A DNA stretch of 64,000 nt. It comes from an uncultured Clostridia bacterium. Its GTDB lineage: Bacteria; Bacillota; Clostridia; Oscillospirales; Acutalibacteraceae. Of the stretch, positions 27,176 through 35,565 are shown one piece after another (the first letter of the stretch is position 1; each line of letters begins with the position of its first letter). Where the stretch lies: NCBI GenBank assembly GCA_944380845.1, contig CALWIU010000045.1, positions 164 through 64,163 on the forward strand, given 5' to 3'. Below the pieces are notes generated by a model, which saw only the letters and a program-made list of their open reading frames with translations, did no database searches and was not told where the DNA came from. The translations under genes were made by a program, and so were the position numbers.

Positions 27176-27922
27176 TTACGAATCAAGTTTGGTGGCTTCA
27201 CGCAGGATCTCGCGGGCGTCGGAGGTGGTTACCTTCCCGTCATTATTCATATCCGCAGCTTCTTCCGCTTCCGCCGTCAGTTTTTCCAATGCGGTTGCCG
27301 CACGCAGCGCCAGACGCGCGTCAGCGGTGGTTACTTTCCCATCGCCGTTGACATCGCCTTTCCGCCGTTCTTTGTTCCATGGAACGCCCACAATTTCACA
27401 AAGGCTCTTTGCGATGGCGTCTGCGGTCTTGTCAAACGAGCGATCCCACGCGGTATTGTCCTTCGTGGATGTGATAAAGCCCAGTTCCAACAGACCCGAT
27501 GCACATTTCGTGTATTTATTGACGGCAAAATCCGTGTAGGAAGGCGCGCCTTTTTTTACGCCGCGGTTTCGCAGACCGTCTGCTTCACACGCCGCCCGCA
27601 GAATTTTTGCCGCTTTTTCAACGGTTTTTTCGGTGGCGTCGCTTTTTACCCAAATTTCGTTCCCGGTCGCGTCCGGGGACGCGGAATTGCGGTGAATCGA
27701 CAGATAATATTGCGCGCCCCAGGCGTTGGATTCCGCTGTGCGGTCATTAAGCTTCTTTTCCGTGTCGTCCGTACGGGCGTATTTTACCGACACGCCGCGT
27801 TCCGTCAGCCGTTTGCCGACAGCAAGGGTCATTTTCAGCACATCGTCTTTTTCTTTTCGTTTGCCGCTGCCGGCGCCGCCGTCCTTGCCGCCGTGTCCGG
27901 CATCCAGATAAATTTTCGCCAT
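27176..27922 (-). CDS. N-acetylmuramoyl-L-alanine amidase (Amidase_3) fused to a C-terminal dockerin; no signal peptide
   Basis: MAKIYLDAGHGGKDGGA..., YLSIHRNS, GLLELGFITS = Amidase_3 (CwlC/CwlD type). C-terminus GDVNGDGKVTTADARLALRAAT...ADMNNDGKVTTSDAREILREAT (nt ~27185-27358). Start re-set to ATG 27922 (GGAGGGAG RBS). Confidence 0.9.
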   Translation of the reverse strand: MAKIYLDAGHGGKDGGAGSGKRKEKDDVLKMTLAVGKRLTERGVSVKYARTDDTEKKLNDRTAESNAWGAQYYLSIHRNSASPDATGNEIWVKSDATEKTVEKAAKILRAACEADGLRNRGVKKGAPSYTDFAVNKYTKCASGLLELGFITSTKDNTAWDRSFDKTADAIAKSLCEIVGVPWNKERRKGDVNGDGKVTTADARLALRAATALEKLTAEAEEAADMNNDGKVTTSDAREILREATKLDS

Positions 27923-28379
27923 AGTCTCCCTCCTTTCAGGCAAAGAGAACTTTGCCCGTCAACAGAATATGGCGGATCCGCGCAGGGGGCAGCATCTGTG
28001 AAAAAGAGGGGAAAAAGAAAGATTGCCGTTCATTAACAGCTTTTTTCTTTTGTTTTCGTGCACACCAGCCATGAAGAAAGCGGCGTGCAAAATGCTTTGC
28101 CGCGGGCTTTCTTTGTATGTAAATGGATTTTCTTTGTATGCAATCGGTCAGAATGGAATCCTGCTTGCGCTTCCGCGCATTTGTTTCCCGCCGTTTGCAG
28201 AATTCGGCATGGAAAAAGTGAATGCAAATCATTTTGGTATTCCTGTTTTGTGACTTTCCGTCTGTTTGTCAGAGAGCAGCCCGTTTTTTAAAACAATTTT
28301 TTTGACCGGAGGCGACAGGTATAATGTTCCGATTTTTGCACATACTACGGGTGAAAGAAATCGGAAAGGATGTTTCGCG

Positions 28380-29072
28380 ATGGATTTGAAAAAAAAGACA
28401 ATCATAACCGCGTCTGTTTTATGCTGTTGTGCGGCGATCGGCGGCGCCGCCTATTTTGGAATTACCAACAACGCGGATTCAGATGATGTATTTGTGCCGC
28501 CTACCGGGTATGTGCGGGAGACGACGGAAGCACCGCTGTATACCGACCCGACAGAACCCCCAGCCACGGAGCCGGTCGAACACGCGGCGGTTAGCGATGC
28601 TGCCGATCAGACCGAGACTTCTTCGGCAGAAAGTGCGACGGTCAGCGGCACCTTGCCGCGCCCCAATTATTTTGAACTGCCGCTTGGACTGGATATTTTG
28701 CAGGATTACAGCCGCACCGAACCGGTATTTAACGCCACCATGGGGGATTGGCGCACGCATAACGGTGTGGATTTTGCAGGCGTAATCGGCGATCCGGTCA
28801 AGGCATCGGCTGCGGGTTTTGTAACCGATGTATATGACGATCCGATGTATGGGGTCGTGATGGAAATCGATCACGGCGGCGGAATCACGGCAAAATACTG
28901 TGGTTTGGGAAAAGGCAGCACCATCCCGGTCGGTACGGAGGTCAAAACCAACGATACCATTGGCTATCTGGGAACGGTACCCTGTGAATCGGACGCCGGC
29001 GCGCATTTGCACATGGAAATGACGGAAAACGGGGAGATCGTTGATCCGTTGGTATTGTTTGAATTGGCATAA
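28380..29072 (+). CDS. Membrane-anchored M23/LytM-family metallopeptidase
   Basis: N-terminal TM IITASVLCCCAAIGGAAYFGI. LytM motifs HNGVDF (HxxxD) and HLHME (HxH). The architecture resembles SpoIIQ-type proteins, but that assignment is not supported further. Confidence 0.85.
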   Translation: MDLKKKTIITASVLCCCAAIGGAAYFGITNNADSDDVFVPPTGYVRETTEAPLYTDPTEPPATEPVEHAAVSDAADQTETSSAESATVSGTLPRPNYFELPLGLDILQDYSRTEPVFNATMGDWRTHNGVDFAGVIGDPVKASAAGFVTDVYDDPMYGVVMEIDHGGGITAKYCGLGKGSTIPVGTEVKTNDTIGYLGTVPCESDAGAHLHMEMTENGEIVDPLVLFELA

Positions 29073-29130
29073 GAAGCGGCTGCTGAAAAAGCGAACAGGC
29101 AAAGCCAGGTTCGCACAAAACAAGCCGACA

Positions 29131-29184
29131 AAACAAAAAAACAGCCTCAAAGGAAAAGAAAATCCTTTGGGGCTGCTTTTATTT
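29131..29184. terminator. Bidirectional hairpin terminator between convergent genes
   Basis: CAGCCTCAAAGG / CCTTTGGGGCTG stem flanked by an A-run upstream and CTTTTATTT downstream. Confidence 0.65.
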
Positions 29185-29279
29185 GACAAAGACCGGCTTC
29201 TTGCCGGATCTGCCGCGTTGGCGGGCGTTTTCGCAGAATGATGTTTGATCTGCTGTTACCCGTGCCCGGCATAGCCGCT

Positions 29280-29585
29280 TTATCCTTCGGCTTCGGGCTG
29301 CGTGAGCACGGCGGTCCATTCTTCGGCGCCGTCAAGGGTCACGCCGGTTCCGGCGACAGCTTCTCTCGGTTCGCGCTTTGCCTGCAAGATCCACAGGTCG
29401 GTTCCGACAAATGCTATCACAAAAAGCAGAACGGCGCAAATCGCAACAAGCAGTTTTCCGCCTCTGCCCAGCCGCGGCGGCGGAGCGTCGGCAGGAAAAC
29501 CTTCCTGTTTGCCGCCGGGATAATCCTTTCGGAAGGTATAATAGCCCCGGGTTCGGGAGGGGCGTTTGGGCTGGTCGTTTTTCAT
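29280..29585 (-). CDS. Small single-TM membrane protein (101 aa), translationally coupled to the RnfD-like gene
   Basis: ATGA overlap with the upstream gene. GAAGGGA RBS 8 nt upstream. Basic N-terminus, then LLVAICAVLLFVIAFVGTDLWIL. Confidence 0.5.
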   Translation of the reverse strand: MKNDQPKRPSRTRGYYTFRKDYPGGKQEGFPADAPPPRLGRGGKLLVAICAVLLFVIAFVGTDLWILQAKREPREAVAGTGVTLDGAEEWTAVLTQPEAEG

Positions 29586-30661
29586 TCCGGTTGTCCCTTC
29601 TTTTCGTTGGCGAGTTGATCTAAATACGCTTCATCGGATTGTGCTGTCTGCCAGCGGCGTCTGCCGGGCGCGCCTTTTTTGGGCTTTTTCATACAAGAGG
29701 AGCGGGCAAGGATTTCACTGACGATGTTTACGCCGAGGGCAATCAAACAGGCGCCGTCCTCAAGAAGCGGGATGCGGCGGGAAAGCATGGTCACGATGCC
29801 GGCAGCCACGCCGAAAAGCGCTTGAAAAAACAAACGGTCGGGCAGATAGCGCGTATCACAGAAAACAAAAATCGAAAGAAAAAGAGCCGTGCCGCCGCTT
29901 AATTCCAGCAGAAGCGATTCTGCTGCGGAAAAAGAGCCCCGGGGCAGCAGCAGGGATGACAGAAGGACGATCATCAGAAAAGCCGCCGGATACACACAGG
30001 AGGAGGGGCGCCGGATCAGCCGGTATAGAAAAGCGGTCAGCATAAGCAGCAGACAGGTACTGCCCATCGGACCGGCAACATTGCCGATCAGCAGGTTTAC
30101 CGTGCCCAGCCGCAGGGCGGCAGACGAATCGCCGGCAGATAAAATTTTCAGAGCGGACAGACCCGTTTCCGGAGAAACCGCGCCGGACAGCGCGTCCGGA
30201 ATCGGGAAGGCAAATATCTGTCGGGGAAAAATCAGCGTTAACACCGAAAGCGCCACCAGTGCGGCGGACAAGCCGTCGGAGCGGATCAGCGTTGGTTTTC
30301 TTGTAATGACAGGGTACAGGACCCGAACGGCAATGACCGAAAGAAACACAATCAGCAGAACCGGAACCAGCGAAAAATCAGCGGGCAGCAAAAGCGCGGT
30401 GATCGCGCCGGAAAAAAGACTGCCCGGCAGGTCAACCGGCGGGTTCTTTGCCTTGTAGATTGCTTTCAGCAGGAGAGCGGACAGCAGATCCGCCGCCAGT
30501 GCCGCCAGAACAGCCAAACAGATCAGGCGCAGCGCGCTGCCGCCGTTGTAATACCACGCCATGACCGACGCGAACAAAAGCAGAATCGCCTGATCGATGA
30601 CGGGAGCGTACGGGTTTTTTCGTTGTTCGGTATTTTTTGCGCGTAAAACACGCTGCGGCAC
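29582..30661 (-). CDS. RnfD/NqrB-family membrane protein (orphan)
   Basis: LLIGNVAGPMGSTCLLLML and ELSGGTALFLSIFVFCD...DGACLIALGVNIVSEIL align with RnfD motifs (LGNxxGSxGETS; SGAT FMN-threonine; DGVAFAVLLAN). Start is ambiguous: GTG 30670 (track) or GTG 30661 (better spacing from AGGAAG). Confidence 0.65.
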   Translation of the reverse strand: MPQRVLRAKNTEQRKNPYAPVIDQAILLLFASVMAWYYNGGSALRLICLAVLAALAADLLSALLLKAIYKAKNPPVDLPGSLFSGAITALLLPADFSLVPVLLIVFLSVIAVRVLYPVITRKPTLIRSDGLSAALVALSVLTLIFPRQIFAFPIPDALSGAVSPETGLSALKILSAGDSSAALRLGTVNLLIGNVAGPMGSTCLLLMLTAFLYRLIRRPSSCVYPAAFLMIVLLSSLLLPRGSFSAAESLLLELSGGTALFLSIFVFCDTRYLPDRLFFQALFGVAAGIVTMLSRRIPLLEDGACLIALGVNIVSEILARSSCMKKPKKGAPGRRRWQTAQSDEAYLDQLANEKKGQPE

Positions 30662-30754
30662 ACAAATCACTTCCTGTCAAGTTTTCCAGAATTTTTGCAT
30701 TGCGCGAAGGGCGTGATCGGAATATGATAGTACTGTGAAACGGAGGGTATCAGA

Positions 30755-31318
30755 ATGAAAATCACTGCCGAAAACGATCGCTGTCTGTCGGTGGAACTGA
30801 CGGGCGACGATATGCGCAAGCTGGATATTACATATGAAGAATTGGATTATGCCAACATTGAAACAAGACGGGTGCTTTGGACGCTGTTGGATGAGGCGCG
30901 CCGGACGCTGGGAAAAAGCATCAGCCTGTCGGATCAGTTGGTCATTGAAACAACGCCGGCGCGGGAAGGCGGCTGCCGGATCGTTTTTACATCTGTTCCG
31001 GAAGAGGAAAGCGAGGATCGGCACTTGCGGTTTATTGCCAAAACAGGGAAACTGTTTTGGGAGTTTGTCAGCGCCGACGCGCTTTTGGATTTTTGGGAAA
31101 AAGCGGTTTTGCCGCCCGGATGCCGGCTGACGGTTTATTATAACGACGGAAAATACCGCGCCCTTGCTGAGACCGACCCGTCGGAACGGCAGACCGTTCT
31201 GGCGGCGGCGGAGGAATTCGGTACGGTTTTGCCCGTCAGCGAAGAGCAAATCGCGCAGACCCGCGAAGGCTGGCGGATCCTTTACGAAACGCCGGCGGTT
31301 CCTCAGACGGTAAACTGA
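30755..31318 (+). CDS. Hypothetical protein, possibly MecA-like adaptor
   Basis: GGAGGG RBS. N-terminus MKITAENDRCLSVELTGDDMRKLDITYEELDYANIETRRVLWTLLDEA resembles the MecA N-terminal pattern. This is a weak, pattern-level call only. The 3' end overlaps the rpe 3' end by 16 nt. Confidence 0.4.
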   Translation: MKITAENDRCLSVELTGDDMRKLDITYEELDYANIETRRVLWTLLDEARRTLGKSISLSDQLVIETTPAREGGCRIVFTSVPEEESEDRHLRFIAKTGKLFWEFVSADALLDFWEKAVLPPGCRLTVYYNDGKYRALAETDPSERQTVLAAAEEFGTVLPVSEEQIAQTREGWRILYETPAVPQTVN

Positions 31319-31971
31319 TCGGCAGCCTGTTTCAGACGGGCAATGGCTTCCTTGCGGTCCGGGGCGCGGAAAACCGTGCTGCCGACTGCGAAGGCGTTGG
31401 CGCCTTTTTCGGCGCACAGGGCGATGGTTTTTTCATCAATGCCGCCGTCTACCTGAATGAGCAGCGAAGGATTCACTTCCTTCGCTTTTTCGCGGATGTC
31501 GTGTATTTTATCCAAACAGGACATTTGGAATTTCTGCCCGCCGAACCCCGGTTCAACGGACATGACCAATACCATTTTGAGCCGTTTTAAATACGGGTAT
31601 ACACAATGGGCGGGCGTATCCGGTTTGATGGATACCGCCGCCTGGCAGGTGTTTTCCTTTGTGATGGCGGTGATGACCTCGTCCGGGTCGCAGTCGCTTT
31701 CCAGATGAAAAGTCAGAATATCGGCGCCTGCCTTCAAAAAGTCCGGCACATAAAACAACGGATCGCGGATCATCAGGTGCACATCGAAGGGCAGACGGGT
31801 GTGGGGACGCAGTGCTTTGATCACCGGCGCGCCGATGGTCAGATTCGGCACGAAATTGCCGTCCATGACATCGATGTGTATCCAGTCCGCGCCGGCTTCA
31901 TCCAGCGAACGGATCTCCCGTTCAAGATTGGAAAAGTCGGAGGAAAGAATGGAAGGGGAAATCACGGTCAT
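31303..31971 (-). CDS. rpe: Ribulose-phosphate 3-epimerase
   Basis: ISPSILSSDF, HIDVMDGNFVPN, DVHLM, MSVEPGFGGQKF, VDGG. Start re-set to ATG 31971 (AGGAG 8 nt upstream). Confidence 0.95.
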   Translation of the reverse strand: MTVISPSILSSDFSNLEREIRSLDEAGADWIHIDVMDGNFVPNLTIGAPVIKALRPHTRLPFDVHLMIRDPLFYVPDFLKAGADILTFHLESDCDPDEVITAITKENTCQAAVSIKPDTPAHCVYPYLKRLKMVLVMSVEPGFGGQKFQMSCLDKIHDIREKAKEVNPSLLIQVDGGIDEKTIALCAEKGANAFAVGSTVFRAPDRKEAIARLKQAADQFTV

Positions 31972-32237
31972 ATCGTTCACTCCTTTTCAGATGCCTTTAT
32001 TTTACTATAAAACCGCCGAACGGTCAATGCCCATTCCGGGATCTGTTTTGCGAATGCCGCTGCTTTCCGAAATAGCGGATTTTTTTGTAAACAGCCTTTT
32101 TTGTCTCTATTTCGGGGAAAGCGGACGGCCGTATCGTTCCCTTGACAAGAATAGACAGCAATGGTAAAATAAGCTGTATGTATCTACCCAGTAAGGGACG
32201 GGACTGTTCCCGTTTGATTGGTAAAGAGGTCTTTGTT

Positions 32238-34139
32238 TTGAGCAAAAAACCCCGACACCCCACGGCGTATGCGCGCTTGCGGGTGCTGTTCCTTTTGTTG
32301 GCGGACGCGGTTATTCTGAACGCGACAAATATTTTAACGATTCTGGTTCGCCTGGAATTCAACCTGGTGGATTTTGAAGAAAGCCCCTTCCTGCACAATA
32401 TTCTGCTGTATGCCGCCGTCAACACGGTTTGCACCTGGCTGATTTTTAAGTTCTTTAATATTTATAAGATCCTTTGGGAATATGCCGGCCTTTTGGAGGC
32501 TTTTATTCTGGCGGGCGCGTGCGCCCTGTCAACCAGCATTCAATATGTGGTCATGCAGGCGATCCTGCCCAATATCTTTGCGGTCGGGCCGGTTGTCCTG
32601 CCGCGCAGCTATCCGATTCTGGCGTTTCTGTTCTTCGCTTTGGCAGAGGCGGTTTTTCGTTTTTCCTACCGGCTGCGGGCGATGGCAAAAATTTCTTACG
32701 GCAGAAAAAAACCGCTGGGCGAAAAAGCCCGCACCATGCTGATCGGCGGCGGACAGGCCGGAGCGCTGCTTTTGCGGGACTTGCAGAACAACCCCTTCTC
32801 TTCTCATAATCATGTGGTCTGCATTATCGACGACGATCCCCAGAAAAAAGGTCATTTCCTGAACAATGTTCCCATCATCGGCGGACGGTCGCTGATCCCC
32901 GAGACGGTGAAAAAATACGGCATCACGGAAATCATTATCGCCATTCCCGCCGCGTCGTCGCAGGACCGACGCGAGATCATTGATCTTTGTCAGGAAACAA
33001 ATTGCCGTCTGCGCATTTTGCCCGCTTTGTATCAGCTTGCCGGCGGGGAAGTCAGCATCCAAAGCGTCCGCGATGTGGAAATCGAGGACCTTTTGGGCAG
33101 GGACAGCGTAAAGGTCAATGTGGACGAGATCATGGGCTATGTCAGCGGCAAAACCGTGCTTGTTACCGGCGGCGGCGGATCCATCGGTAGCGAGCTTTGC
33201 CGGCAGATTGCCCGGCATTCGCCGAAAAAACTGGTGATCTTTGATATTTACGAAAATAATGCTTATGCTATACAACAGGAACTGCTGTCAACCGTGCAGG
33301 GTCTGGATCTGGAAGTTTTGATCGGTTCGGTGCGGGATGAAGCCCGGGTGAATATGATCTTTGAACAGTATCGTCCCGATGTGGTGTATCATGCGGCGGC
33401 GCATAAGCATGTGCCGTTAATGGAGAATTCGCCGAACGAAGCCATTAAAAACAATGTTTTCGGTACCTGTCATGTGGCGAGCGCCGCCAATCGCTTCGGC
33501 GCTTCGGTTTTTGTTTTCATTTCTACCGACAAGGCGGTCAATCCGACCAACATCATGGGCGCGTCCAAACGCCTTTGCGAAATGGTGGTGCAGTGCTACT
33601 CCCATTTCTCCAAAACCAAATTCGTTGCCGTTCGGTTCGGCAATGTGCTTGGCAGCAACGGCAGCGTGATCCCGCTGTTCCGTAAACAGATCAAGGCCGG
33701 CGGTCCGGTTACCGTGACGCACAAGGATATTATCCGCTACTTTATGACCATCCCCGAAGCCGTATCGCTGGTGCTTCAGGCCGGCGCTTACGCGAAGGGC
33801 GGCGAAATCTTTATTCTCGATATGGGAAAACCGGTACGGATCGATGATTTGGCGCGGAAAATGATTAAACTGTCCGGGTTTGAACCGGATGTGGATATCA
33901 AAATCGAATATACCGGGCTGCGCCCCGGTGAAAAGCTCTATGAGGAGCTTTTGATGAGCGAAGAAGGCCTGAAAAAGACCCCCAATAATCTGATTTTTAT
34001 CGGCAAACTTGCCGATATCGATCCTGACGCCTTCCAGTCCGGGCTGAACGAGCTGGAACAGGCTTGTGAGAGAAACGCGCCGGATATCAAACAGCGGGTG
34101 GCAGCGCTGGTTCCCACCTATACCATAAAGGACGAGTGA
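32238..34139 (+). CDS. Membrane-bound polysaccharide biosynthesis protein CapD/PglF/WbpM-type (UDP-HexNAc 4,6-dehydratase)
   Basis: Four N-terminal TM segments. TGGGGSIGSEL Rossmann motif, HAAAHKHVP, STDKAVNP, RFGNVLGSNGS. Probable TTG start at 32238 (AAAGAGG upstream); the track start is 32142. Confidence 0.9.
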   Translation: MSKKPRHPTAYARLRVLFLLLADAVILNATNILTILVRLEFNLVDFEESPFLHNILLYAAVNTVCTWLIFKFFNIYKILWEYAGLLEAFILAGACALSTSIQYVVMQAILPNIFAVGPVVLPRSYPILAFLFFALAEAVFRFSYRLRAMAKISYGRKKPLGEKARTMLIGGGQAGALLLRDLQNNPFSSHNHVVCIIDDDPQKKGHFLNNVPIIGGRSLIPETVKKYGITEIIIAIPAASSQDRREIIDLCQETNCRLRILPALYQLAGGEVSIQSVRDVEIEDLLGRDSVKVNVDEIMGYVSGKTVLVTGGGGSIGSELCRQIARHSPKKLVIFDIYENNAYAIQQELLSTVQGLDLEVLIGSVRDEARVNMIFEQYRPDVVYHAAAHKHVPLMENSPNEAIKNNVFGTCHVASAANRFGASVFVFISTDKAVNPTNIMGASKRLCEMVVQCYSHFSKTKFVAVRFGNVLGSNGSVIPLFRKQIKAGGPVTVTHKDIIRYFMTIPEAVSLVLQAGAYAKGGEIFILDMGKPVRIDDLARKMIKLSGFEPDVDIKIEYTGLRPGEKLYEELLMSEEGLKKTPNNLIFIGKLADIDPDAFQSGLNELEQACERNAPDIKQRVAALVPTYTIKDE

Positions 34140-34142
34140 GTT

Positions 34143-34748
34143 ATGAGCTATCCTCCGATCAAACGCGCACTGGACGCCGGATTTTCTGCTGTGCTTCTGG
34201 CGGCGGGAGCGCTTCCGCTTCTGGCTGTCGGCGTAGCGGTGAAATTGGATTCGCCCGGTCCGGCAATTTTTCGCCAGACCCGTCTGGGAAAGGACGGAAA
34301 ACCCTTTGTCATGTACAAGTTCCGTTCGATGGTCGTTGGCGCGGAGCATACGGGGAGCGGCGTTTATTCGCAAAAAGGAGATCCGCGGGTCACTCGCGTC
34401 GGCAGAATCCTGCGCGCAACCAGTGTGGACGAGCTGCCGCAGCTTTGGAACATCCTGAAAGGGGATATGAGCTTCATCGGTCCGCGGCCGGTGCTGACCT
34501 ATCACCCATGGCCGTATGAGGCGTATACCCCGGAACAGCGCCGGCGTTTTGCCGTGCGTCCCGGCGTGACCGGCTGGGCGCAGGTCAACGGCAGAAAAAC
34601 CGTTGAATGGCATAAACGGCTGGAATATGACGCCCAGTATGTTAATAACCTTTCCTTCCGGCTGGATATGAAAATTTTAGCCATGACCATCCGCAATGTG
34701 CTGGAGCGAAAGGATAACGAAAATACGGGAAAGACCGTGGCGACCTGA
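34143..34748 (+). CDS. Small monotopic phosphoglycosyl transferase (PglC/WbaP C-terminal type sugar transferase)
   Basis: KRALD..., [60 protein letters not shown]. Confidence 0.9.
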   Translation: MSYPPIKRALDAGFSAVLLAAGALPLLAVGVAVKLDSPGPAIFRQTRLGKDGKPFVMYKFRSMVVGAEHTGSGVYSQKGDPRVTRVGRILRATSVDELPQLWNILKGDMSFIGPRPVLTYHPWPYEAYTPEQRRRFAVRPGVTGWAQVNGRKTVEWHKRLEYDAQYVNNLSFRLDMKILAMTIRNVLERKDNENTGKTVAT

Positions 34749-34750
34749 AA

Positions 34751-35563
34751 ATGCTCAAACTGATGTATATCACCAAATCCCCCGAGATTGCCCGGATTGC
34801 CGAGGACGCGGGGGTCGATCGGATTTTTGTCGATCTGGAAAAAATAGGAAAAGAACTGCGGCAGGGCGGGATGAATACCGTCAAATCCGATCACACGGTG
34901 GCGGATGTTGCCGCTGTGCGGTCGGTATTGACCAAAGCACAGCTTCTGGTGCGGGTCAATCCGATCCATGACGGTTCGCAGCAGGAGATTCGCGCGGTAC
35001 TGGACGCCGGAGCGGATCTTATTATGCTGCCCTATTTTGCAACCGAGGAAGAAGCCGCTCTGTTTTCCGGCTGGGTCGGCGGCAGGGCAAAGCGAATGCT
35101 TTTGGTCGAAACGATCGGCGCGGTGGCGCATCTGGACGCGATTTTATCGGCACATCTGACCGATTTTGTGCATGTGGGGATCAACGATCTGCACTTGCAG
35201 ATGAAAAAAAAGTTTATGTTTGAATTGCTGGCGGACGGCACGGTGGAAAAAATCGGCAAAATCTGCAAAGCGCACGCCGTTCCTTTTGGCTTCGGCGGGG
35301 TCGCCGCTCCGGGCGGCGGAAAACTGCCGGCAGAATTTGTGCTGGCGGAGCATTACCGGCAGGGGTCTGACGCGGTGATTTTGTCGCGCAGTTTTTGTGA
35401 TTTGTCCCAGGTGACGGACATTGCCCGGGTGACGGATATTTTTCGTTCCGGCGTTGCTGCCATTCGCTCATATGAGCGTTTTTTACAAAAACAGCCGCCG
35501 CTATTTTTTGAAGAGACGCACCGGCAAATGGCGCGGCGCATTGCCGGTATTACGGAGGGATAA
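34751..35563 (+). CDS. HpcH/HpaI aldolase / citrate-lyase-beta-like TIM-barrel protein
   Basis: VRVNP..., LDAGADLIMLP, LLVETIGAV, VGINDL pattern typical of the HpcH/HpaI family. Substrate unknown. Confidence 0.65.
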   Translation: MLKLMYITKSPEIARIAEDAGVDRIFVDLEKIGKELRQGGMNTVKSDHTVADVAAVRSVLTKAQLLVRVNPIHDGSQQEIRAVLDAGADLIMLPYFATEEEAALFSGWVGGRAKRMLLVETIGAVAHLDAILSAHLTDFVHVGINDLHLQMKKKFMFELLADGTVEKIGKICKAHAVPFGFGGVAAPGGGKLPAEFVLAEHYRQGSDAVILSRSFCDLSQVTDIARVTDIFRSGVAAIRSYERFLQKQPPLFFEETHRQMARRIAGITEG

Positions 35564-35565
35564 GG

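Noticed and set aside
27176-27922. Amidase as a prophage endolysin marking a prophage
   Set aside because: No holin, tail, capsid, integrase or att-like repeats lie within several kb on either side. The flanks are a cohesin gene, a noncoding repeat and an M23 peptidase. The endolysin-like export question is kept as a finding instead.
27044-28036. 330-aa plus-strand ORF over the amidase locus
   Set aside because: It is antisense to the Amidase_3-dockerin gene. The product is Arg/Phe/Gly-rich with no motifs and runs through the minus-strand terminator.
31303-31318. The 16-nt convergent overlap of rpe and the MecA-like gene as a regulatory antisense device
   Set aside because: Short 3'-3' overlaps are common in compact genomes, and nothing in the sequence beyond the overlap supports regulation. 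It is noted in the feature evidence only.
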